Source: Candidatus Pelagibacter ubique HTCC1062 (GTDB lineage Bacteria > Pseudomonadota > Alphaproteobacteria > Pelagibacterales > Pelagibacteraceae). Taken from it: a stretch of 32,000 nt of DNA. Made by a program: the position numbers and the translations under genes. This document shows positions 1 to 9,679 of this stretch, piece after piece. The notes beneath the pieces are model-generated. The model made no database searches. It was given only the letters and a program-made list of their open reading frames with translations, and had not been told where the DNA came from. How positions within the stretch are numbered: the stretch's first letter is position 1; each line of letters opens with the position of its first letter. The DNA is taken from positions 150,001-182,000 of the forward strand of contig NC_007205.1 of NCBI RefSeq assembly GCF_000012345.1, given 5' to 3'.

Positions 1-774
1 ACTCTTGCTTATGATTTCTCAAAAAACTTAAATGATTATTTTTTTTACTTATTATTATTTTTTTTAGGATCAGTTCTAATGCGTTCTGCAGGATGCGTTG
101 TAAATGATATCTCTGACAAAGAATTTGATAAAAAAGTTTCAAGAACAAAAAATAGACCTATTGCGTCTAATCAAGTTTCCATAAAATTAGGAATATTTTA
201 TACTTTGATTTTATGTCTACTTGCGCTTTTGGTTTTAATTAACTTTAATAACTTAACAATCTTACTTGCACTTGGGTCTATGCCTCTAGCCTTCACTTAC
301 CCTTTAATGAAAAGATTTACTTATTGGCCTCAATTATTTTTAGGAATAACATTTAATTATGGTCTAATTTTAGGATGGACTGCAATTCAGGGTGAAATAA
401 ATGCTGTTGCTATTATTTTTTACTTTGGAGCCATATTTTGGACACTAGGATACGACACAATTTATGGGTTTCAAGATATTAAAGATGACGAAATTATAGG
501 TGTAAAATCAACTTCAATAAAATTCAAAAATAAACCAAAAAATTTTGTATCCACATGTTATGTTTTTCTAATTTTTTCTATTTTAATTGTGGGCTATATG
601 ATGAATTATAATTACTTTTTTTATGCAAGCTTGTTAATAACAATTGCCCACTTATTTTTTTACCAAATTAAATCTTTTAACCCAAAAAGCCCATCTATGT
701 GCTTAAAAGTTTTTAAAAGTAATAATTTAGTTGGTCTTCTCATTTTTTGTAATATTTTAATCGGTAAATTTTAA
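1..774 (+). CDS. ubiA: 4-hydroxybenzoate polyprenyltransferase (UbiA family), 5' end cut by window edge
   Basis: Frame 1 is open from base 1 (TLAYDFSKNLNDYFF...) into ORF 79..774. First Asp-rich prenyltransferase motif GCVVNDISDKEFDKKVSRTKNRP closely resembles E. coli UbiA as I recall it. Second motif YGFQDIKDDEIIG. Several hydrophobic TM segments. Confidence 0.85.
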   Translation, partial: TLAYDFSKNLNDYFFYLLLFFLGSVLMRSAGCVVNDISDKEFDKKVSRTKNRPIASNQVSIKLGIFYTLILCLLALLVLINFNNLTILLALGSMPLAFTYPLMKRFTYWPQLFLGITFNYGLILGWTAIQGEINAVAIIFYFGAIFWTLGYDTIYGFQDIKDDEIIGVKSTSIKFKNKPKNFVSTCYVFLIFSILIVGYMMNYNYFFYASLLITIAHLFFYQIKSFNPKSPSMCLKVFKSNNLVGLLIFCNILIGKF

Positions 775-2513
775 TGAATAATTCAGAGATTTATAAAAGA
801 CTTTATAAAGATTACTCAAAAAAATATATTAATAAAATATTAATATCAGTTTTTTTTGGAGTTCTTGTTGCAGCAAGCACTTCTGCTATAGCTTGGCTTT
901 TGGATCCTGCTATTAAAAAAATATTTGTTGAAAAAGACCAATCTTTAATAATTGTAATTCCTCTATTAATAATTGTAGCGTTTACAATTAAAGGTTTTGC
1001 ACTCTATTTTGCAAAAGCAATTATGATTAAAGTTGCAGAAGAAATTAAAAAAATTCTCCAATCACAAATGGTAAAATCTCTAATTAAAGCAGATACTCAA
1101 TTAATTGATCAAAAACATTCTGGAAAATTCATCTCAAACCTAACATATGATGTAACTCATATTACAACATTGCTTAGTACTGCTGTTTTAAATTTATTTA
1201 AGGATAGCTTAACTCTATTTGGGTTGTTATTTGTGATGTTTTATCAGAACTGGAAATTATCATTGATTGCAATAATAATGATTCCTATTGCTGGTTTAGC
1301 TTCAAAAACTCTTGGTAAAAGAATGGGGAAAGTCGTTACAGAGGCTCAAGAAAAATCAGGTTTTTTAAACACACACTTAATTGAATTATTTAAAAACCAC
1401 AAATTAGTAAAAATATTTCAAAGAGAAGAATATGAAAGCAAAAGGACTGACGAACATTTGGACCAATTAAAAGATAAAAATATAAAAATAAATACAGTAT
1501 ATGTTAGAATGTCTCCAATCATGGAAACCTTAACAGGAATAATGATCGCAATTTTAATATTCTATTCAGGAAAATTGGCTCTTAAGAGTGAAATTGAAAT
1601 AGGTAATTTTTTTTCTTTTCTAGCAGCAATGATGCTCGCTTATCAGCCAGTTAGAGCTTTATCAACAATCAATATAACTTTAAAACAAGGGTTATCAGCA
1701 GCCAATAGAATTCTACCTATTATTGATCATAAAAATACAATTATAGATCTCGACGATTCTAAGGATTTAAATATCACCGATGCATCCATTAAATTTAATA
1801 AATTAAACTTTAAATACAATTCTAATGAAGAAAATGTCTTAAAGAATATTAATATTGATATAGCCGGTGGTAAAATGACATCTTTAGTTGGACACAGTGG
1901 TTCCGGAAAATCAACAATTTTAAACTTAATACCAAGATTTTATGATGCACAATCAGGAGATATCTTGATTGATAATCAATCTATATACAAAGTAAAAATT
2001 AAATCTCTAAGAGATAAAATATCCCTTGTAAGTCAAGATACAACTTTGTTTGATGATACGATAAAAAATAATATCAAATATGCAAAAGATAATGTCTCTG
2101 ATGAAGAGGTAATTTCAGCAGCAAAATTTTCTTATGCGAATGAATTTATAGAACAATTGCCCAACAAGTATGAAACTATAATAGGTGAAAATGGAATTAG
2201 GCTATCCGGGGGGGAGAAGCAAAGGTTATCAATTGCGAGAGCCATGATCAAGAAAAGTCCAATAATTCTCTTAGATGAAGCAACTTCATCATTAGATTCT
2301 GAAACTGAAAGTAAAATTCAAGATGCCTTAAAAATATTAACTAAAGATAAGACAACCATTGTAATAGCCCATAGACTGTCAACAATTTTAAGCTCTGATC
2401 AAATTTACATTATTGACTCTGGAAATGTTGTTGCGAACGGTAAACATGATGAATTATTAAATAATTCAGAACTTTATAAAAATTTCTATGAGAAGCAAAT
2501 TCGTAAAGAATAA
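774..2513 (+). CDS. msbA: ABC exporter, fused permease/ATPase, lipid A flippase MsbA-like
   Basis: N-terminal 6-TM exporter domain. Walker A GHSGSGKST, ABC signature LSGGEKQR, Walker B ILLDEATSSLD, H-loop IAHRLST. Start overlaps the ubiA stop (TAATG). Directly precedes waaA-lpxK-lpxL. Confidence 0.8.
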   Translation: MNNSEIYKRLYKDYSKKYINKILISVFFGVLVAASTSAIAWLLDPAIKKIFVEKDQSLIIVIPLLIIVAFTIKGFALYFAKAIMIKVAEEIKKILQSQMVKSLIKADTQLIDQKHSGKFISNLTYDVTHITTLLSTAVLNLFKDSLTLFGLLFVMFYQNWKLSLIAIIMIPIAGLASKTLGKRMGKVVTEAQEKSGFLNTHLIELFKNHKLVKIFQREEYESKRTDEHLDQLKDKNIKINTVYVRMSPIMETLTGIMIAILIFYSGKLALKSEIEIGNFFSFLAAMMLAYQPVRALSTINITLKQGLSAANRILPIIDHKNTIIDLDDSKDLNITDASIKFNKLNFKYNSNEENVLKNINIDIAGGKMTSLVGHSGSGKSTILNLIPRFYDAQSGDILIDNQSIYKVKIKSLRDKISLVSQDTTLFDDTIKNNIKYAKDNVSDEEVISAAKFSYANEFIEQLPNKYETIIGENGIRLSGGEKQRLSIARAMIKKSPIILLDEATSSLDSETESKIQDALKILTKDKTTIVIAHRLSTILSSDQIYIIDSGNVVANGKHDELLNNSELYKNFYEKQIRKE

Positions 2514-3775
2514 TGTTTTTTTTATATCAAATAATAATTACCCTTACTCTAATATTCTCTCCATTAATTATATTTTTTAGAATTTTAAAAAAAAAAGAAG
2601 ATAAAAAAAGATATAAAGAAAAATTTTGCTTTCCATCAAAAAAACGTATTAGTGGTAATTTAATTTGGTTTCATGGATCAAGTGTGGGTGAACTTTTAAG
2701 TATTTTACCTCTAGTTCAAGAGCTTGAAAAAAATAAGTCTATAAACCAAATTTTAATAACTACTTCAACTTTGAGTTCTGCTCAAATATTTAAAAAATTT
2801 AATTTTAAAAAAACTGTTCATCAATTTTTTCCAATAGACTCGATATTCTTTTCTTATAAATTTTTGAATTACTGGAAGCCAACTATTGCAATATTTATTG
2901 AGTCTGAGATTTGGCCTAGCATCTTTAAGATTATTAATAAAAAAAAAATTCCATTAACACTTCTTAATGCAAGAATTACAAAAAAGACTTTTGATAAATG
3001 GAGGGGTGTAAAAAAATTTTCAAACTCAGTATTTCAAAATATTTCAATTGCCTACCCTCAAAATGAAGAAACATTTAATTATCTTAAAAAATTAAACGTC
3101 TCAAAAGTAAAAAAAATAGGAAATCTTAAGTTTTTCAATAATCAACAATCTAAATTTACTAAACTAGACAAAATTTTTTTAAAAAATATAAATCCTAAAA
3201 AAGTTTGGTGTGCTTCAAGCACACATCCAGGTGAAGAAATCATTTGTGCAAATACTCACATAAAACTAAAGAAAAAATATAAAAATTTATTAACAATAAT
3301 AATACCAAGACATATTCATCGTGTTAGTAAAATAGTTGATGAAATTAAAGGTTTAGATTTGAATATAGTTTTACACAGTTCAAAACCAAAAAAATTAAAT
3401 AATACAGACATTTATTTGGTGGACACATATGGTGAGACAAAGAAATTTTATCAATCTTCTAATATAGTTTTTATGGGTAAATCAATATCGGGAAATGGTG
3501 GTCAAAACCCTCTTGAACCTACCAACTTAGGTTCTACTGTTTTGTATGGGCCACACGTAGATAACTTTAAAGATACCTACAAATTACTCAATAAACTAAA
3601 GATTGCTTATAAAGTTAATGGAGTAAAAAGCTTAACTCAATCAATAGACAAATTAATTACTAATCCCAATAACAAAAAAAACTATTTAAAAATTGCAAAA
3701 ATAGGAAAAAAAATACTTAATGAAACTAAAGATGAGATAAATAGTTTATTTAATAATGAAATTAAAAAAACCTAA
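2513..3775 (+). CDS. waaA: 3-deoxy-D-manno-octulosonic acid (Kdo) transferase
   Basis: N-terminal TM segment followed by WFHGSSVGE, and C-terminal GGQNPLEP, both typical of WaaA/KdtA. 420 aa. TAATG junction with msbA. Confidence 0.85.
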   Translation: MFFLYQIIITLTLIFSPLIIFFRILKKKEDKKRYKEKFCFPSKKRISGNLIWFHGSSVGELLSILPLVQELEKNKSINQILITTSTLSSAQIFKKFNFKKTVHQFFPIDSIFFSYKFLNYWKPTIAIFIESEIWPSIFKIINKKKIPLTLLNARITKKTFDKWRGVKKFSNSVFQNISIAYPQNEETFNYLKKLNVSKVKKIGNLKFFNNQQSKFTKLDKIFLKNINPKKVWCASSTHPGEEIICANTHIKLKKKYKNLLTIIIPRHIHRVSKIVDEIKGLDLNIVLHSSKPKKLNNTDIYLVDTYGETKKFYQSSNIVFMGKSISGNGGQNPLEPTNLGSTVLYGPHVDNFKDTYKLLNKLKIAYKVNGVKSLTQSIDKLITNPNNKKNYLKIAKIGKKILNETKDEINSLFNNEIKKT

Positions 3776-4700
3776 ATTCTGGGATCATAAAAAACCATCC
3801 TTTTTTTCATATCTACTATTACCTTTTTCAATAATTTTAGGCTTAATCACTAAAATAAAATCAAAACCTAAATTTTCTAATTCAAAAATTAAAACAATCT
3901 GTGTTGGAAACATCTATATTGGGGGAACAGGCAAGACATCACTGGCCATCAAGATAAAAGAAATTTTAGATAAAAATAATATCAGAGCTTGTTTTATTAA
4001 AAAATTTTATCCCAATCAAACTGATGAGCAAAAACTACTTAGTAAAAACGGAGTTTTGTTTAGCAATTTGAAAAGAATTACTGCACTTAATGAAGCCATT
4101 TCAGAAGGTTTTGAAGTTGCTATCTTTGATGATGGACTACAAGATAGCACTATCAAATATGACTTAGAAATTGTTTGTTTTAATAATCTAAATTGGATCG
4201 GAAATGGACTTACACTACCATCAGGACCTTTAAGAGAAAATATTAATAATCTGAAATCTTATGAAAATGTTTTTTTAAATGGAAATGAAGAAAGTCTAAT
4301 TGCCATCAAAGAACAAATTAAAAGAATTAACCCAAATATTAATATTAATTCTGGAAAATATATACCGTTAAACATAGATGAATTTGATAAAGATCAAAAT
4401 TACTTGGTTTTTTCTGGTATTGGTAATCACAAAACTTTTGTAGAGATGTTAAAAAATAATAAATTAAAAATTGTAAGTGATTTAGAATATCCAGATCATT
4501 ACCAGTATTCAAAAAAAGATTTTGATGAAATAATAATCAATGCAAAAAAATTCAACGCACATATTATAACTACTGAAAAAGATTATTTAAGGCTAGAAAA
4601 CTTAAATAAAAATGAAATTTTTTATGTTAAATCAAGTCTTGATATATCAGATGAGAAAAATCTCACAAACAAACTAATTAAATTAAATGAAAAAAATTAA
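3756..4700 (+). CDS. lpxK: tetraacyldisaccharide 4'-kinase
   Basis: N-terminus KFWDHKKPSFFSYLLLPFS, P-loop GNIYIGGTGKTS and DDGLQD motif as in LpxK. 314 aa. 20-nt overlap with waaA. Confidence 0.85.
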   Translation: MKLKKPKFWDHKKPSFFSYLLLPFSIILGLITKIKSKPKFSNSKIKTICVGNIYIGGTGKTSLAIKIKEILDKNNIRACFIKKFYPNQTDEQKLLSKNGVLFSNLKRITALNEAISEGFEVAIFDDGLQDSTIKYDLEIVCFNNLNWIGNGLTLPSGPLRENINNLKSYENVFLNGNEESLIAIKEQIKRINPNININSGKYIPLNIDEFDKDQNYLVFSGIGNHKTFVEMLKNNKLKIVSDLEYPDHYQYSKKDFDEIIINAKKFNAHIITTEKDYLRLENLNKNEIFYVKSSLDISDEKNLTNKLIKLNEKN

Positions 4701-5547
4701 ATATTTTTTTGAATTTTTAATTATATCTTCTCTTTTTATTATTTATAAATTTTTAGGATTAAAAATTTCATCTCACTTCAGTGGAAAATTATTTGAAACA
4801 TTTGGTCCAATTTTCAGATCAAAAAACCTCATTAAAACTAATATTCAAAGAGCTATTCCTAAAATTAATACCTCAAAAATTAAGAGTATTACAAAAGATA
4901 TGTGGAATAATTATGGAAGGACATTGTCTGAATATATGTTTCTTAAAGGTTTTAGAAATGATCAATTTAGATCAAATATTAATATTACAGGTAAAGAAAT
5001 TCTTCAAAAAATAAAGTTTGAAAAAACCCCAGTAATTTTTGTTTCTGGTCATTTTAGTAATTTTGAATTAATGGCGATGGAAATTGAAAAATCTGGTGTA
5101 AATCTATCAGCAATATATCGACCATTAAACAATATTTTCTTAAATATATTAATGGAAAGAATTAGAAAAAAATATATTTGCAAAAATCAAATTAAAAAAG
5201 GAACTAGTGGAGTTAGAGAATTATTAAAATTATATAAAAAAGGCTACTCTATAGCCTTAATGATTGATCAGAGAGTCTCTCAAGGAATAAAATCTAAATT
5301 CTTTAATCAAGAAGCATTCACCACAACAATTCCCGCACAATTTATAAAAAAATTTAATTGTAAAGTAGTACCAATTTCTATTAAGAGGCATAATGGTGTA
5401 AATTTTAATATTAAAGTTGAAAAACCTATTGAGTTTTCAAAAAACTCCTCTACTGAAAAAATTACTAGAGAGCTAAACATTTGGCTGGAGAAAACAATTT
5501 TAAAAAATCCAGGGGAATGGATATGGTCTCATGATAGATGGAAGTAA
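4687..5547 (+). CDS. lpxL: lipid A biosynthesis (Kdo)2-lipid IVA late acyltransferase (LpxL/HtrB family)
   Basis: N-terminal TM. H(x)4E acyltransferase motif HFSNFE. C-terminal NPGEWIWSHDRWK typical of the LpxL/HtrB family. 14-nt overlap with lpxK. Acyl-chain specificity unknown. Confidence 0.75.
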   Translation: MKKIKYFFEFLIISSLFIIYKFLGLKISSHFSGKLFETFGPIFRSKNLIKTNIQRAIPKINTSKIKSITKDMWNNYGRTLSEYMFLKGFRNDQFRSNINITGKEILQKIKFEKTPVIFVSGHFSNFELMAMEIEKSGVNLSAIYRPLNNIFLNILMERIRKKYICKNQIKKGTSGVRELLKLYKKGYSIALMIDQRVSQGIKSKFFNQEAFTTTIPAQFIKKFNCKVVPISIKRHNGVNFNIKVEKPIEFSKNSSTEKITRELNIWLEKTILKNPGEWIWSHDRWK

Positions 5548-5551
5548 GAAT

Positions 5552-5740
5552 TTAGTGTGTCTCTTTTTTTTTATGAGCTTCTACATATGAAAAATATGGT
5601 TCTTGAAGCTCAACATTCCAATAATTAAGATTTTCTAAACTAATTGATTTTCCTGATACAGCACAAACGACATGATCACCATTTTCAATAATTTCAAAGT
5701 TATTTGGTAAATATTTTAATTTTGCTAATTTTTTATTCAT
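5552..5740 (-). CDS. small conserved hypothetical protein (resembles alphaproteobacterial DUF2093 family from memory; unverified)
   Basis: The track ORF is 5552..5800. The internal ATG at 5740 (MNKKLAKLKYLPNNFEIIENGDHVVCAVSGKSISLENLNYWNVELQEPY...) avoids overlapping the purD start at 5762. The pattern 'K..YL...F.v...G..V.CAVtG..I.L..L.YWsV..QE.Y' matches my recollection of DUF2093. Confidence 0.5.
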   Translation of the reverse strand: MNKKLAKLKYLPNNFEIIENGDHVVCAVSGKSISLENLNYWNVELQEPYFSYVEAHKKKETH

Positions 5741-5761
5741 TTTTAGTTTATATACATCTAT

Positions 5762-7027
5762 ATGAAAGTTGGAATAATTGGAAGTGGTGGAAGAGAGCAC
5801 GCTCTATGTCTGTCCATCAAAAAATCACCTAGAGTTAACAAGATATACTGCTTTCCTGGTAATGCAGGAACTTCTGATATAGCTGAGAATATTGAAATTG
5901 ATTTATCAGACTTTAACAAGATTAAAGAATTTTCAATCAAAAATGAAATTAGTTTATTAATTGTTGGACCAGAAAAACCATTAGTTGATGGAATAGTGGA
6001 TTTCTTTAAAGATACTGAAATAAGTATTTTTGGTCCTGATAAAATTTCTTCTCAGTTAGAAGGATCAAAAATATTTACAAAAAAAATATGTGAAAAGCAC
6101 AATATACCAACTGCTAAATTTGGTATTTTTGAAAATGCCAATGATGCAATATCTTTTTTAGATAAAACTCAGTTTCCACTTGTTGTCAAAGCTGATGGTC
6201 TTGCATCTGGAAAAGGTGTTTATATTTGTGAAAATAAAGATGATGCAAATTTAGCAATAAAAGAAGTTTTTGATGGAAAGTTTGGATTAGCAAAAAATAT
6301 ATTAATTGAGGAATTTCTTGTTGGTGAAGAAATGAGCTATTTTATTATAAGTGATGGTAAAGAAATCAAGGGTTTTGAAACTGCACAAGATCATAAAAGA
6401 GTTCTAGAAGGTGATAAAGGAGCGAATACAGGCGGAATGGGTGCTTATTCACCTTCAAGACTACTCAATCAACCTTTGGAAGAAAAAATATTAAATAAAA
6501 TAATCAAACCTACCATTAACGCTCTAGAAGAAATGGGATCTAATTATAAAGGATTCTTATACGCTGGCTTAATGATAGTTAAAGATGAACCTTATTTGAT
6601 TGAATACAATGTACGAATGGGAGATCCAGAGTGTCAGACTATTTTACCAAAATTAAAAACAGATTTATTTGAAATTATCAATGCGTGCTGCAATGAAAAC
6701 CTAAAAGATATAAATTTAGAGTGGCATGAAAAAAAAAGTCTATGTATTGTTTTATGTTCAAAGGGCTACCCAGATAAATATAATAATCAAATTTTAATAG
6801 ATAATATTGGAAATCTAAAGCTTGATGAGGATGATTATTTTTTTCACGCTGGTACAAAAAAAATAAACGATCAGGTTTATTCAAATGGTGGAAGAGTAAT
6901 TAATTTTGTTAGTCTGTCATCAAATTTTAAAAATAGTAGAGATAAAGCAATAAATTTAATTAAAAACCTAAATTGGAAAGATGGTTTCTATAGAAAAGAT
7001 ATTGGTCATAAGGTGATTGATGAATGA
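5762..7027 (+). CDS. purD: phosphoribosylamine--glycine ligase
   Basis: MKVGIIGSGGREHAL N-terminus. ATP-grasp core (VVKADGLASGKGV, GGMGAYSP, EYNVRMGDPE). 421 aa. Confidence 0.95.
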   Translation: MKVGIIGSGGREHALCLSIKKSPRVNKIYCFPGNAGTSDIAENIEIDLSDFNKIKEFSIKNEISLLIVGPEKPLVDGIVDFFKDTEISIFGPDKISSQLEGSKIFTKKICEKHNIPTAKFGIFENANDAISFLDKTQFPLVVKADGLASGKGVYICENKDDANLAIKEVFDGKFGLAKNILIEEFLVGEEMSYFIISDGKEIKGFETAQDHKRVLEGDKGANTGGMGAYSPSRLLNQPLEEKILNKIIKPTINALEEMGSNYKGFLYAGLMIVKDEPYLIEYNVRMGDPECQTILPKLKTDLFEIINACCNENLKDINLEWHEKKSLCIVLCSKGYPDKYNNQILIDNIGNLKLDEDDYFFHAGTKKINDQVYSNGGRVINFVSLSSNFKNSRDKAINLIKNLNWKDGFYRKDIGHKVIDE

Positions 7028-7590
7028 GAATTATTTCAGGAAATTTTAAAGGCAAAAAAATTCTTCTACCTAAAGATAAACTAACAAGACCTCTCAAAGA
7101 TTTAACAAAAGAGTCAATTTTTAATATATTAAAACATTCTAAATTATTAAATGTAGAGTTAGAAAATTCTAATATTTTAGATTTATTTTCAGGTGTTGGA
7201 TCATTTGGTCTCGAATGTTTATCAAGAGGAGCTAGAAATATTACCTTCTTGGAGAGTTACACAGAAGTATTAAATATTTTAAAAAAAAATATAGATAATT
7301 TAAATCAACAAAATCAAACAAAAATAATTGAAAAAGATATTTTTTCTGAAAATACACTTAAACTATTAAATGACAAATTTGATATTATTTTTATGGACCC
7401 TCCCTATAAGGAAAAAAAATTACCTTTTCTGCTGAATGCAATAACTAAATTAGAATTGCTTAACACAGATGGCATCATAATTATTCACAGACATAAAAAA
7501 GAAGATGACGACCTACCAAAGGAATTCAACCTAATTCTAGAAAAAAATTATGGTATTTCAAAAATTATATTTGGAAATGTTTTAACTTAA
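7024..7590 (+). CDS. rsmD: 16S rRNA (guanine966-N2)-methyltransferase
   Basis: RIISGNFKGKKILLP...TRP N-terminus, SAM-binding LDLFSGVGSFGLECLSRGA, catalytic DPPY. ATGA overlap with purD. Confidence 0.85.
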   Translation: MRIISGNFKGKKILLPKDKLTRPLKDLTKESIFNILKHSKLLNVELENSNILDLFSGVGSFGLECLSRGARNITFLESYTEVLNILKKNIDNLNQQNQTKIIEKDIFSENTLKLLNDKFDIIFMDPPYKEKKLPFLLNAITKLELLNTDGIIIIHRHKKEDDDLPKEFNLILEKNYGISKIIFGNVLT

Positions 7591-8724
7591 TATTTTTTTT
7601 GTTTCTATTTTTATCAACTCAACAGAAGGTTGATCAAATGGATTAACATTTAAAGCTCGACCAAGTAAAATAGTCTCTAATATAAAGAAACAGAACAATT
7701 CACCTAGAGACTGTTCATTTCTTTTTAAAATTCTAAAGCTTCTAAAAGGTATTTTTTTTGAAATAAAAACTTTCTCTGTAGCAATCATTTGAGATTGTTT
7801 TATTTTTTCTATTGATAAGTTTTTTAAAAACTTATGAGTATTTAAAACACTATCATTCTTAATTTTTATATTTCTATTTTCTATAACATTAAAAAATGTA
7901 TAAAAATATTTATTTGGGCCGTCTAGATAAAGCTGCATTAAACTATGATTATCTTTTGGCATTGAAGAAACAACAGGTAATAATCCAAGTGATTTTTTTC
8001 CTAAACTTTCAGCTATTAGTTGCTGATACCATTTAAATAAATTTTCAGATAGCTCGTCATAATTTAAAATTATAGATGTCTGCTTTCCACTCTTAATTAA
8101 GTTTAACGTAGTTGACACGTTGCTTACTAAATTATTAATAAAATTTTTATTTTTAATAAGATTATTAAATTGTTTAAATTTTTTTTCATTTAAATTCATT
8201 AATTCTGCAGGTAACATTCCAACTTCTGACAACACAGAATACCTGCCTCCTACGTAATTTTTATGCTCAAATATTTCTGCCTTTAGTTTTGATGCTAAGT
8301 TAGTTAGATAGCTATTTTTTGACTCAGTAATAATAATATTTTTTTCTTTTTTGGTAATTAATGCATTGGCATTCGCTATTGTCTCCAATGTATTTCCTGA
8401 TTTAGAAATAATTAAATTTAAATTTATATTTTTATTATTAAAATAATCTGCATTGCTGTTTAAATTATTTACAAAAGTAATTTTTTTTTTTATTTTAGGT
8501 TTTAAAAAATCATAAATAGCTTCAGAGCCAAGAACAGATCCACCCATACCAATTATTCTTAAATTTGATAATTTTTTATATTTTTTAATTATTTTTTTTG
8601 AATAGCTATATTTATATGTGGGTTTTAAAGTTTCAAACAATGCTGGCTGATTTTTTAGTAGTTTTAAAAAATCTTTTTTTATTATTTTGGAACTTTTAAT
8701 ATTTAAAAAATTTTTAAATATCAT
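7582..8724 (-). CDS. pgi: glucose-6-phosphate isomerase (compact form, 380 aa)
   Basis: SIS-domain motifs IGMGGSVLG and ISKSGNTLET. PGI signatures VGGRYSVLSEVGMLPA and NPFDQPSVELIK. Confidence 0.8.
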   Translation of the reverse strand: MIFKNFLNIKSSKIIKKDFLKLLKNQPALFETLKPTYKYSYSKKIIKKYKKLSNLRIIGMGGSVLGSEAIYDFLKPKIKKKITFVNNLNSNADYFNNKNINLNLIISKSGNTLETIANANALITKKEKNIIITESKNSYLTNLASKLKAEIFEHKNYVGGRYSVLSEVGMLPAELMNLNEKKFKQFNNLIKNKNFINNLVSNVSTTLNLIKSGKQTSIILNYDELSENLFKWYQQLIAESLGKKSLGLLPVVSSMPKDNHSLMQLYLDGPNKYFYTFFNVIENRNIKIKNDSVLNTHKFLKNLSIEKIKQSQMIATEKVFISKKIPFRSFRILKRNEQSLGELFCFFILETILLGRALNVNPFDQPSVELIKIETKKILS

Positions 8725-8727
8725 TTA

Positions 8728-9180
8728 CTAACTATCAGATTTATTGAATTTATCTTTTAGTCTTTTAAAAAAACCTTTTTTTTTTGGTTTTTCATTTTCT
8801 TCTATAGCTTCATCTAAATTTATTTCTGTAGTTTCTATTAAATTAACTTTTTTTTCATTAATCTTTTTAATAATAGATTGCTCAATAGAATTTTTTGCAT
8901 CATCACTTTTTTCACTTGTGCTTATAGAAGAGCTTTGATTTATTATATCTTCAATATCTGATGTATCTTTTTTATCTGATATTATGTTTTCTTCAGGTTC
9001 CTTTCCAGGTTCTGGCAACTCTCCAAAGCTAGGGGGTAGTACTAATGGTGACTTTTTTTCAACCAAAAATTCGTCACTTCCTTTTTTTTTGCTTCCTCCC
9101 AATCCTTCAGCAATTGTGCCACAAGAGTTTAAAAAGAGAATTATTAAAAAAGAAGCTATTAATGGATTAGTTTTTTTCAT
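8728..9180 (-). CDS. putative lipoprotein, acidic low-complexity (possibly DUF3035-like)
   Basis: Signal peptide with lipobox-like FLNS|C (MKKTNPLIASFLIILFLNSCG). The remainder is Ser/Glu/Asp/Lys-rich. Start overlaps the lspA 3' end by 14 nt. Confidence 0.65.
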   Translation of the reverse strand: MKKTNPLIASFLIILFLNSCGTIAEGLGGSKKKGSDEFLVEKKSPLVLPPSFGELPEPGKEPEENIISDKKDTSDIEDIINQSSSISTSEKSDDAKNSIEQSIIKKINEKKVNLIETTEINLDEAIEENEKPKKKGFFKRLKDKFNKSDS

Positions 9181-9670
9181 TTGTTTTTTTATTATTAAAG
9201 AAAAGTTCTACTAAAATAAGGCAAAAAACTCCAATGGTAATAAATATGTCAGCTACATTAAAAACAAACCAATGAAAGCCATAAAAATGTAAATCAATAA
9301 AATCTGGAACGGCTGTATAAACTATCCTGTCATAAAAGTTCCCAAAAGCGCCACCTGCAATTAAAGCAAAAAAGTAACGCTGAATATTATCATTTTTTAA
9401 CATCATAAATATAATAGCAATAATGATAAGACCAATTAAGATTGTAATAGAATTATAAATAACACTTCCATCTATAGAAAATAATCCAAAAGCTATTCCT
9501 TTGTTCCAGATTAAAAATAAGTTTAAAAAAGGAGTGATATAAATATCAACCGAGGTTTCTACTTCTGCAAGTTTTAAGATATATAGCTTTGTTGTACGAT
9601 CAAATATAAAAACTACTAATATAATTACTAAATTTAAATAAAAGTTTTTTAAGTTAATTTTGTTCATCAA
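9167..9670 (-). CDS. lspA: lipoprotein signal peptidase (signal peptidase II)
   Basis: Four TM segments. Conserved NKGIAFG and FNVADIFITIGV boxes. Follows ileS as in the widespread ribF-ileS-lspA arrangement. Confidence 0.9.
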   Translation of the reverse strand: MMNKINLKNFYLNLVIILVVFIFDRTTKLYILKLAEVETSVDIYITPFLNLFLIWNKGIAFGLFSIDGSVIYNSITILIGLIIIAIIFMMLKNDNIQRYFFALIAGGAFGNFYDRIVYTAVPDFIDLHFYGFHWFVFNVADIFITIGVFCLILVELFFNNKKTNEKN

Positions 9671-9679
9671 CCTTTTTAG

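Noticed and set aside
8476-8492. Long homopolymer A/T tracts (for example 11+ T in pgi, and similar runs in many genes) as possible phase-variation switches.
   Set aside because: They are ubiquitous in this Lys-rich (AAA), AT-rich genome and occur in essential housekeeping genes. Nothing suggests contingency loci.
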